DNA of 64,000 nt from Candidatus Hadarchaeota archaeon (GTDB lineage: Archaea; Hadarchaeota; Hadarchaeia; Hadarchaeales; JAWBSP01): NCBI GenBank assembly GCA_964474885.1, contig CAYYWO010000002.1, positions 96,870 to 160,869 of the forward strand, in the 5' to 3' direction. Every line of letters begins with the position of its first letter. Position 1 is the stretch's first letter. The position numbers and the translations under genes were made by a program. The notes beneath the pieces were generated by a model. The model was not told where the DNA came from. It did not search any database and saw only the letters and a program-made list of their open reading frames with translations. This document shows, piece after piece, positions 48,887 through 57,314 of this stretch.

Positions 48887-49879
48887 CTAATGTTCGCGAG
48901 AAAAGGGGATAAAAGTTCCATAGCCTAAACGATTACCCTTTACAGTAAATCCTTTCTCGTAGAGCTGTCTTACGGCTTCTTTTTCTCCCTTCACTCGAAT
49001 GACGCTTCCGGGAGAGAGTGCCAAGTAAACGGGTTTTCTTTTTTTCATTTTCAAGTCGTATCCTGCTCCGAGAAGACAAACTTGACCTTCCACTTCCTTC
49101 ACGACAATCTTTCCTTGCGCCATCTCCCTTACCAACTCTCGTATCGACTTGAAGATTCCTAGGTGTATCCATGCTCCCTCATCAATGCGATCCAGACCGA
49201 GATCTGGAACAAAGAGCGAATGAGAAACCAAAAACAAATCAAAAGATCCATGTGGTGGTGCCTCAGAGAGGTTCTTTTGTACAAATTCACCCAGTGGTTG
49301 ATTTTGACCTACCTCTATTTTGGCGACTCTTCCTTCTCCTCCAAATCTCAGCACTTTTTCATCAATTCCCTCCAAGTTTACATCGTTCACATCCATGCCC
49401 ACCCAGACATTCGTTGTCCCAAGGGTTGCAAGATAATCGACAAATTTGGCTGTATACATGTAGCCTTTCTCAACCGTTTTAGCTCCCCCAAGCTGAACCC
49501 CTATGTGCTCAATGAATTTGATTTTCTCCGCTCCGTCAATTTCTCTTTCCCGTGCTTCCAGCAACTTTGGAATTTCCTCGATTTTTACTACACAATCTGC
49601 AAAACATAAGTAAACATCGTCGTTTTCTGTCAGCAAGTAGGGGCCTCTCAAATAGCCTTCTCCGATTCCCAAAGCTTGCTCCACCCTCTTGTCCCACTCC
49701 TTTGCTTCAACCTGCTCGTATCTTCCCAAGGAGGTGGCAAGCAAACCGGCGATCGTTGACGGAGTTGGTAAGGGGAGTGATTCGGCCGTCGCCCGCGGAC
49801 CTCGAGCCGTGGGAGAAAACTCGCCGGGGGCTCGGAAGAACATCGGTGAGCAAATCCGGAGTTTTACGCACCCCCTCAT
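48887..49879 (-). CDS. cmr3: Type III-B Cmr3 (Cas5-like)
   Basis: P.FFR...F, P.PSTIAG, GPY, FGGE.R, GYD....RKP, GYG. Confidence 0.88.
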   Translation of the reverse strand: MRGCVKLRICSPMFFRAPGEFSPTARGPRATAESLPLPTPSTIAGLLATSLGRYEQVEAKEWDKRVEQALGIGEGYLRGPYLLTENDDVYLCFADCVVKIEEIPKLLEAREREIDGAEKIKFIEHIGVQLGGAKTVEKGYMYTAKFVDYLATLGTTNVWVGMDVNDVNLEGIDEKVLRFGGEGRVAKIEVGQNQPLGEFVQKNLSEAPPHGSFDLFLVSHSLFVPDLGLDRIDEGAWIHLGIFKSIRELVREMAQGKIVVKEVEGQVCLLGAGYDLKMKKRKPVYLALSPGSVIRVKGEKEAVRQLYEKGFTVKGNRLGYGTFIPFSREH

Positions 49880-52836
49880 CCTTCCCTCACCCTTAGAGCA
49901 ACCATCCTAGCTTGAAGCGCTTTGCAGAACTCTGCAAAAACACTGGTAGGCTTGGGCCTTCCCGCGAGGGAAAGCGTTAATAAAAGACGGTTTCTAAGGG
50001 ACTCAAGATCTATCCGAGCGAGTTCCTGTTCTTTCTCAACTTGCAGGTTCCTTTCCAGTACGCGCCGAATCAGTGTTAAATAGAGGTCCGGGTGCTCTCG
50101 CAAAATCTCGTCTCGTTGGACAAGGTTCAAAAGGTCAAACACAGTCGAGTGCGAAAGGATTCCGTTTTCAATCATCTTGAAAACTTCATCAAAAATGCGG
50201 TAGAAATCCCCAAACTCCGAGTCCAGAGGAAGAATGCCCGATGGGACTTCTTCCGTTAGAATGCTCCCCCGGGGAACGTAAGAAAACAGGAGGGCATCCT
50301 TCTCCTTATACGCCTGACCGAGTGTTACCTGCACTTTTTTGGCAAACTCCTCCATCCCTTCAGTCGTCTGTGCAAGGGCTCTGGAGAGGGGATGCTTAAA
50401 GTGGAACAGAGAAATAACATAGGATCGGGTTGCAGGAGCTATGGTCGGGTAAAAGGTTTCTCCCTCTCCAAAGGAAAGAGGGAGGAAAGACTCGTCACCA
50501 AAAAATTTACGGCTCTCCCTCACAAAACATAGAGCCTGGGCTGGGCTGGAGATCATCAACAGGTCGTCCCCACCCGAGTAGACTAGGAAAAAGCCTTCAG
50601 GAGCTCCGCACTTCTCGGGGAGCACATGATCTGCCAAGGCCGAAAACATCAAAGCTCGACTGATGCAAACGTGGTAGGAAGGCCAAACAAGAGGTAAATC
50701 ATAAGCGGCAATTTTTTCGAGGATCTGTTTTATACTGTCCAGCTGAACGGATTTAGTAGGATCGGTTGCGCTAATGACCCTATGTAGAGCTTCTGCTACT
50801 ATCTGTACATCCCTTTCTCTGAACAATGCTTTTGCGTCTCCTTCCGATTTCTTCCTCTCTTGCTCGGAGATTGAGAAGATATAAGAAAGATGTCCCGTTA
50901 GAAGCTTACCCACATTGTCAGCATCCGCTCTTATTATCGTGAAGTACGCACCGAAAGGAGGTCTCAATCCCTCCTCCATCTTGGGAAGACCGATGGAGTA
51001 AAGGGCTTCTATCACTTGGTCGATCCTCTCATCTTCTTTCAGGGCGCGTAAAGTTTGCGGTCGTGCAAAGTCAAGGATGGCCTTTAATTTTGCACTTAAA
51101 TTTAATTGCTCTAATCTCCTTCTTTCCACAGGATCTTCCTCTCCTCGGATGAACTCTTCTATTTTCCTCTGATATCTTGGATTGTCAAAAGCCGCTTTTG
51201 CTTTCTCCCGTTCCTCTTTGCTGAGATTAGCAATCCACTCGAGAAGAGAAAATGCTGAGTACCAGCTTGTGCTACGAATGGACCTAGGGAGATCGATCCC
51301 CGTGAGAGATGGAAGGGGACTTAAACCATCATGCCCAGCAAGTCTTTTCAGGAGACAGTAGAAGCATAGGTGTTCACCTTCATCGAAGTAAGGCCGCTCC
51401 TCTTCAGGGACAAACGTTTCGTAACCAGCTTTCTCCGTTTCCTCTCTTCCCTCCCCTCCAACCGCTCTCCGGCGGGGAACATCGAAAACTGCGGGCTGAA
51501 CTCCGCACGTTGTGCAGTAGATCCATTCCCCTCCCTCTAGGGCCCGGGCTGGTGGCATCAGGGTTGGGTAACTTTTCACTTTCTTCAGCAACTTCATTCT
51601 TTCGCCCAGTTCCTTATAGGCCAGGCTGTACACAAGGTCAAGCTCTGAAACCCCTAGCTGTGACAGCTCTTGGGCAAACTTTTTCAGGTCCTCGAGCTTC
51701 CTTAGGTCCTCGGGCAATCGAACCACAGCGGCCCTCAGTAAGAGTGGTGGGGTTTCTTTGCAGCGGGGCTCATTTAACGCCTCCTTGATCTTTGCCCAAA
51801 ACTCTTTTGTCAAATCTTTCTTCCCGATTTCTTCAACAGTTTTTTCGACCAATTTCTCAAAGAAATCCTTATGCCTCTTCGAGAAATACTCAATAAGAGC
51901 TTTTTCAGGCTCCACATTTTGTTCCCACCCCAAGAGCTCGGACAGGATGTCATAGGGGGGCAATATCAAGAGGAGGGAACCGGGTATAAGAGGAATAGTG
52001 GGTTTTGCCAGACTGAGTTGGTGACCTAGTATTGAGAACTGCCCCAAAAAGTTCTTAAGGTCCTTCATCCGCCGGTATCCGGTTTTTTCCAATTTCCTCA
52101 GCAACCAGTGATAGTAGAAGGGATTCAGCCTGCAGGTAGGCAGAAAGACTACGTCAGGACCCACTTTTTCGATGAGTTCCTCAATCAGATGCCATGTAGC
52201 TAAGGAAACAAACCAGCTTGAAACCCACAGGTCACGAACCTTCCTCGACGCCTGAATGTATTTCTGCACACCGGCTAGATCGATATGGACAAGGAGACCA
52301 CGGGGTTTCGAGGTTCTGTAACACCAATTCACCAGGGTAGCGGTAAGGTAGGTATGGTCAAAGACACTATGATGCGGAATCCTAGTGTCCGCGGGTCCCA
52401 AACAGTTGGGATAATTTTTGAGGTAGCAGGGTTCGGCCAAGGCATAAAGCAGGTGATAACGTAGCTCTTCCGGCGAGGCCTCAATGAAGTCACGAAGCTC
52501 CTCAATCCACTTGTGGGGTATTTTGTCCGAGGGGGGCCTCAATTCCTTAATCTCCTGCCCACTGAAGAAGTTCACTAGGGTTATCTTCCTAGACTCTACT
52601 GCCTTTGCAAACCAACGATCTACCGATGCCGCAAGGACATCCGCGTCCCTGACAGCTCTACTTTCGAGTAGTCGCTTTAAGTCCCCTAGTCCCAGTCCAT
52701 CCAATATCTCGCGTGCCACCTTCTCGTGTCCTTCCGGAAGATGCCCCATGACATGCCAGGGTTTGTCAGGGGGATCGTGTAGCAATGCAGCTATTTTCGT
52801 CTGGAAGAACTCGTTTCGTTCAAACCGTTCACCCAT
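49876..52836 (-). CDS. cas10: Type III-B Cas10/Cmr2
   Basis: LLHDPPDK, PADTRIP, VQ.YI.ASRK.RDLW.SS, C..CG / LC.YCL.KR, ADADN.GK, YSGGDD. Confidence 0.95.
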   Translation of the reverse strand: MGERFERNEFFQTKIAALLHDPPDKPWHVMGHLPEGHEKVAREILDGLGLGDLKRLLESRAVRDADVLAASVDRWFAKAVESRKITLVNFFSGQEIKELRPPSDKIPHKWIEELRDFIEASPEELRYHLLYALAEPCYLKNYPNCLGPADTRIPHHSVFDHTYLTATLVNWCYRTSKPRGLLVHIDLAGVQKYIQASRKVRDLWVSSWFVSLATWHLIEELIEKVGPDVVFLPTCRLNPFYYHWLLRKLEKTGYRRMKDLKNFLGQFSILGHQLSLAKPTIPLIPGSLLLILPPYDILSELLGWEQNVEPEKALIEYFSKRHKDFFEKLVEKTVEEIGKKDLTKEFWAKIKEALNEPRCKETPPLLLRAAVVRLPEDLRKLEDLKKFAQELSQLGVSELDLVYSLAYKELGERMKLLKKVKSYPTLMPPARALEGGEWIYCTTCGVQPAVFDVPRRRAVGGEGREETEKAGYETFVPEEERPYFDEGEHLCFYCLLKRLAGHDGLSPLPSLTGIDLPRSIRSTSWYSAFSLLEWIANLSKEEREKAKAAFDNPRYQRKIEEFIRGEEDPVERRRLEQLNLSAKLKAILDFARPQTLRALKEDERIDQVIEALYSIGLPKMEEGLRPPFGAYFTIIRADADNVGKLLTGHLSYIFSISEQERKKSEGDAKALFRERDVQIVAEALHRVISATDPTKSVQLDSIKQILEKIAAYDLPLVWPSYHVCISRALMFSALADHVLPEKCGAPEGFFLVYSGGDDLLMISSPAQALCFVRESRKFFGDESFLPLSFGEGETFYPTIAPATRSYVISLFHFKHPLSRALAQTTEGMEEFAKKVQVTLGQAYKEKDALLFSYVPRGSILTEEVPSGILPLDSEFGDFYRIFDEVFKMIENGILSHSTVFDLLNLVQRDEILREHPDLYLTLIRRVLERNLQVEKEQELARIDLESLRNRLLLTLSLAGRPKPTSVFAEFCKALQARMVALRVREG

Positions 52837-53686
52837 GAACTTCACCTCCAACTATCCGGAATCTGCCGTATCCAACCGAGGTTTTTGCCCCGATTCCAAG
52901 GTCAAATGCCGTTTCGACGATCTTCCTAAAAATCTCTGGCTTAGCATCTCGCCTTAGGCCAAAAACGAACCCGAAAATGGTATGAGGTGCAACCGACAGG
53001 TAAGAGACTGGTCTAGGTTCTCTGGGTTCATTGCGTTCCTCATCCCATTCCTCTGGTTGATCTTCACCGTTTTCGGTGTAGTGGGGAGTCAGGACATCGG
53101 GATAAAGGATCATCCCATTGCGCCCCGGTTTTACAGGTAATGCATCCAAGCAGATTATTTTTCCTACTTTTTCGTCGCCAAAGATATCTGTTTTCTCAGG
53201 CCAACCGTCTTCCTGAATCAAATCATACACGCTCGCCAGAGCCCCTTTGATACTGGAGCCAGGTACTATGGGGACATTCAAATACGGGTCGAACTCCAAT
53301 CCTACTTCGAAGAGGACTTTTCCAAAGTGCTGAGATGCCCCGAACAGGCCGCGTTCCATAAGTTCTGCTTCCAAGTATTCCAGCTTGAAATCTAGCTGCA
53401 CCAATGCCTCCTTCCATTTGTCCAACCTTTTCCGGCATTTCTCCAGCGTGTACTTTGCCTGTTCTTTGGAGATCTTCACCATTTCTTCTAGGCAACAGGT
53501 GTCCTTCAACTCTCCTTTTTCCATCTTCATCCTTGTCAAATCTTTCGAAACCGGTTTAAGATAGGAAAGGTCAAGCTCCTGAAGAATCTGTTCCTGATTC
53601 ACCTTTCCAAGCTTCTCCTTGTATTTGAGGATATTGAAGAATACTGAGCAATGCTGAACGTAGCTGAAGAGGTTGAGGTTCTCCAT
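52829..53686 (-). CDS. cmr6: Type III-B Cmr6
   Basis: EVGL.FD, VP.VPGSSIKGA, DALP, DVLTPHY, GIGAKTSVGYG. Confidence 0.92.
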   Translation of the reverse strand: MENLNLFSYVQHCSVFFNILKYKEKLGKVNQEQILQELDLSYLKPVSKDLTRMKMEKGELKDTCCLEEMVKISKEQAKYTLEKCRKRLDKWKEALVQLDFKLEYLEAELMERGLFGASQHFGKVLFEVGLEFDPYLNVPIVPGSSIKGALASVYDLIQEDGWPEKTDIFGDEKVGKIICLDALPVKPGRNGMILYPDVLTPHYTENGEDQPEEWDEERNEPREPRPVSYLSVAPHTIFGFVFGLRRDAKPEIFRKIVETAFDLGIGAKTSVGYGRFRIVGGEVHG

Positions 53687-55071
53687 CACTCCTCCTCCAG
53701 CATCCTGTTGACCAGTTCCCATGCATTGTTGAATGATGCCCTCAATTTTTGCCTGACATCAATTGTTTGAGGTTCTATTCTTCGGGCTTCTTTAAGCGCA
53801 TTCATAGGGTCTCTTCTTATCTTATGTGGATTCACTCCTCGACGATACTGAAGCTTAGAAGGCCAGTCCTCGGACAGAAATCCTAGGACGGCCACTTTCC
53901 ATGAAGAAGGGTCTTTAGGATCTTGAAAGATTGGTCTCAAGCTAATCGCACTGGTTCTCCTCAGGGTTTTTTGGTCAAATATGTAACCCGTGTCAAATGT
54001 TTCCTTAAACTTCTTCCTTTTGATTTTGATTTCCATTTTCCCCTGACGTGGAAGTCCCATTATCCAGGTATCGTATCGTCGCCCCAAGGCTCGTTCGTCT
54101 TCTCTTTCTGCGATTTTCCATGCACACTTGTTTGTAACATAACCCAACATAAGGAGTAGCGCCATCGAATGAGCGCCATCTTCAAAAATGTCTCTTAAAC
54201 TAGCTGACACCGTGTCCTTGGTTCTCACCTTACATACTTTAAGTCTAAACGGACCCTCGCTTGGCTGAGTTAAGATAGCAAAAGGTGGTAATTCTTCGGT
54301 TCTTTCGCTTTCGGCAGGTGCTCCTAGGTCAGAGAGCGCCTGTTTGATCATCTCAAAAAGTGCTCCTTCATTCCCTTTGTTAAACTCCTGGATTTTCCCC
54401 TCAATTTCAGGGTACCCATCAAAGTGCTCTATTCGAAGTGCTCCAAAACCTCTCCTTGTTATCGCTCCAATACCACCCAAGATCAGGGCGAAGACCGAGC
54501 TCCACGAGATGATACGCTTTTCCTCGTCTGATAGATTGGAACCGGGTCTCTCGATAAGCTCAACCGTGAAAGAGCAACCAGGGTTGTAACATGCGATTCT
54601 GGCGGCGGCTTCTTCCCTCTCCTTTCCTTCCTTTAGTATCCTCAGTCGGGGAGGTAGAAGGGGGTGAGGAAACTTACCCCTCCCCCCTAAAGTCGGGATT
54701 ATGTCGCCTAGTCTCTTTCTCTTTTCTTCTTCAAGAGATTCCAGTTGCGAAGGTTCAAGTTTTAAAATTTTCCATTCTTCCTCAGATAACTTAACCCGCA
54801 AAATAACTTTTGACACCCCCTTGAGCGAACCCAGAACCTTAGTCGTTCTCTCTCGTACAGAGGTCAATAACCTATCTCGGTTCCGGTTTCCCTTCATCCA
54901 CTCTGCTCCACCTACTAAAGCACGGAACCACCAGCGCAGGGTTCCTTTTATGGCTTGGGCGCGTGGTAGTTCAGCCAAATCCAAAGCCAAGGAGTAAGGA
55001 TTCGAATCGTAGCCTCCGATGAGAGAATGAGTAATTGTCCTGGCTTGAATCGTTGCGATTTTTTCCATCAT
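53686..55071 (-). CDS. cmr1: Type III-B Cmr1
   Basis: IKGTLRWWFRA, LGGIGAITRRGFG, GLPR. Confidence 0.92.
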   Translation of the reverse strand: MMEKIATIQARTITHSLIGGYDSNPYSLALDLAELPRAQAIKGTLRWWFRALVGGAEWMKGNRNRDRLLTSVRERTTKVLGSLKGVSKVILRVKLSEEEWKILKLEPSQLESLEEEKRKRLGDIIPTLGGRGKFPHPLLPPRLRILKEGKEREEAAARIACYNPGCSFTVELIERPGSNLSDEEKRIISWSSVFALILGGIGAITRRGFGALRIEHFDGYPEIEGKIQEFNKGNEGALFEMIKQALSDLGAPAESERTEELPPFAILTQPSEGPFRLKVCKVRTKDTVSASLRDIFEDGAHSMALLLMLGYVTNKCAWKIAEREDERALGRRYDTWIMGLPRQGKMEIKIKRKKFKETFDTGYIFDQKTLRRTSAISLRPIFQDPKDPSSWKVAVLGFLSEDWPSKLQYRRGVNPHKIRRDPMNALKEARRIEPQTIDVRQKLRASFNNAWELVNRMLEEE

Positions 55072-55520
55072 CTCTGTTCACCCGCTGGAATCACAGCCTC
55101 AACCAGCTTCTTCAGCTCCTGCCAGTAAGGCAGAAATCGGCAGAGGATGAATGAGCGCTTCAGACAATCCATTCCCAAAAGTCTCTGGAAACACCCAATC
55201 GCATTCTTTGAATCCATACCGGGGAGGATTTTCTTGAGGGCCAAGAGGAGGCATACAGCATACGCAAACTCATCCGTCCCTATCCCGCTGCAACTCCCCT
55301 TATTATAAGCGTCAACAGCCTCTTCGTATTTGCCCTTTGTTTGGGCATAGAAAAAGGTAAGGGTGGGGAGTACCCCGCTCGTCCCAAAGAAGGACAATAG
55401 ATCTAGAACCCGCCTCCTGAAATTTTTCGCATACTCGGACTCTTTGCTCCCAAAGATCTCCATAACCCTGTTGAAGTCCTGAATGGCCTCACTGAGCGCT
55501 TCGCTCGAAATCTCCCGCAT
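55068..55520 (-). CDS. cmr5: Type III-B Cmr5 small subunit
   Basis: All-helical 150 aa, G...TL.F, LKK..EA; position in the operon. Confidence 0.8.
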   Translation of the reverse strand: MREISSEALSEAIQDFNRVMEIFGSKESEYAKNFRRRVLDLLSFFGTSGVLPTLTFFYAQTKGKYEEAVDAYNKGSCSGIGTDEFAYAVCLLLALKKILPGMDSKNAIGCFQRLLGMDCLKRSFILCRFLPYWQELKKLVEAVIPAGEQR

Positions 55521-56333
55521 CTAAAGCTCCTCCAGCCGAACTATCCCGCGACCGACCGTTTCATGGCCCCCGAAAATCAGGTAGTTTCCCACCAGCTCGG
55601 TTATTTTTCTCATTTCCTGCATCCTGTCCTTGGAGTATAGAAATGCTGTGACGAAAGTAGTATCAGGCGGAACATCTTCCTCGGTCCAGAGCGCACCTGA
55701 CTCTACTTTCTTTCCTTCACCCAGTCTGACTCTAGCTCTTCTTAGAAGACTCCGATCAATCACATTTTTGAAAATATCGTCCTGGAGCACCACAAACCTC
55801 CATTCCTCTTCTTCCAACAACTTCAGTTTCTTGGCATGGGATTCGAGTTCCCTGACAGGGGATACTTCAAGCTGGAACTCCTCATTTAAGATCGCATACC
55901 CATCTTCTGCGATCTTCTCGGGATCCGGTGCGGCCACTGGCTTACCGGCTACTTTCTGGAGGATTTCATCGAGATCCTTGATGATATTTTCCCTACCCGC
56001 TAGCTCCGCCACAACTTTGAATCTCCTCAGGGTCATAGGCGAGCAGGCTGAGACCCAAACTCCTTTTAGCGACCTAACGGGAATTGTGACGAGGCTAGCG
56101 TCTAACGGTATGAAAGCACCGACTTTTTCCCGAGTTCCGCATAGTTCTTCTCTCTCTTTCTCGGGGAGACGTGCACCGATCGCACCCTTAATGCCGGAGG
56201 CAGGTATGTACGGTAGGCCGAAACCATCGCGCTCGATTGGAAGATCCACAACCCCTGCACTCCTTCCCATACCAATATGCAGGGGTGTTAGAGTTCGGAC
56301 GAGCACCAAACTCTTGACTCCGTAGTCTTTCAT
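55521..56333 (-). CDS. cmr4: Type III-B Cmr4 (catalytic Cas7)
   Basis: TPLHIG.G....VDLPIERD (catalytic Asp present), PYIPASGIKGA, LWTEE, GGHETVGRG. Confidence 0.95.
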   Translation of the reverse strand: MKDYGVKSLVLVRTLTPLHIGMGRSAGVVDLPIERDGFGLPYIPASGIKGAIGARLPEKEREELCGTREKVGAFIPLDASLVTIPVRSLKGVWVSACSPMTLRRFKVVAELAGRENIIKDLDEILQKVAGKPVAAPDPEKIAEDGYAILNEEFQLEVSPVRELESHAKKLKLLEEEEWRFVVLQDDIFKNVIDRSLLRRARVRLGEGKKVESGALWTEEDVPPDTTFVTAFLYSKDRMQEMRKITELVGNYLIFGGHETVGRGIVRLEEL

Positions 56334-56441
56334 ATTTTCCTGCTAATGTTCTTAAAAATACCTGGCGACAATGGGCTCGGCACATCTGAGACTTTTCCGA
56401 ATGCGGTGCTTTTTTCCTCAGCAGAGGCTCAATAACTGTCT

Positions 56442-57197
56442 CTAGTGCCTAGATCGGTACAGTCCCAGCCTTTCAAACCTCTGCCAGAGGAGGAGGCCCA
56501 TAGGGGTTACCCTGAACTCATTGTCTTCCTCGACTATCCAGCCGAGCCTCTTCGCTTCCTCGATGACCCCCTTCTCGAACATGCGCTGCAAGGCGGGGCG
56601 GTAAATCTCCTTCACTTGGCACATGTGATGCATTAGGTCGAGGAACTTCCTCTTCCTCCTAGGCCAGATGGGGAGGGCCGGGAGCCTTATTGTCTCCCTG
56701 AAGGACTCGTGAACATAGAAGACGGGCGCCCCCGTGGTGGGCAGGTTGGCGGCTAGGAAGGCCATGACAGTTTCCGGCTTGAAGCCCCCGCTGGCGTGGA
56801 CGAAGACGCGGTCTTCCTGGGCATAGTGCGTTCTTATCAGGCCCACTATTTGCTCCAGCAGGTTGGCCAGCCCCTTCGTGAACTTCTGGGGATCCCCCAG
56901 CTCCTTCACCTCCTTGCAGCGTGCGTGGACCCTGAGGTCCAAGCCCTGGATGAACTGCCTGAGGACCTTTGCACAGAGCCTGCACTCCTCGGTATCCGAG
57001 TGGAGCAGGTAAACCCTGTGCTGGTGCTGCCTGTTCTCCTGGAGGAGGGGGTAGATCGTGTTGAGCTCCGCGCTGGCCTTTCTAGGATCCTTCCCGATGA
57101 AGGAGAGGAGCTCCTCCTCGGAGGGCCTTTCCTTCTTCAGCTCTCTCCTGGCGTTCTGAAGGAGGGAGATCCCAACCGTGGCGATGTGGACAAACAT
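56442..57197 (-). CDS. CARF-domain protein, APE2256 family (Crn1-like), with C-terminal wHTH
   Basis: TVG.SLL.N, ASAELN, LLHSDT, SGGFKPE, FYVHE.F...I.LP. Confidence 0.85.
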   Translation of the reverse strand: MFVHIATVGISLLQNARRELKKERPSEEELLSFIGKDPRKASAELNTIYPLLQENRQHQHRVYLLHSDTEECRLCAKVLRQFIQGLDLRVHARCKEVKELGDPQKFTKGLANLLEQIVGLIRTHYAQEDRVFVHASGGFKPETVMAFLAANLPTTGAPVFYVHESFRETIRLPALPIWPRRKRKFLDLMHHMCQVKEIYRPALQRMFEKGVIEEAKRLGWIVEEDNEFRVTPMGLLLWQRFERLGLYRSRH

Positions 57198-57285
57198 GGG
57201 CGGCCCTGCTCTCAGCGGCTTCATCAAAATCCTCCCAGCCATTTTAATGACCTTATTGAACCAGAAAGTTAGATCGTGGGGTCCA

Positions 57286-57303
57286 TCGCTAAGCTTTTAG
57301 CGA
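57286..57303 (-). terminator. Hairpin at the trailer end of the CRISPR array
   Basis: tcgctaa-gctt-ttagcga inverted repeat, about 11 bp from the terminal degenerate repeat. Confidence 0.4.
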
Positions 57304-57314
57304 GGGGGGTAAGC

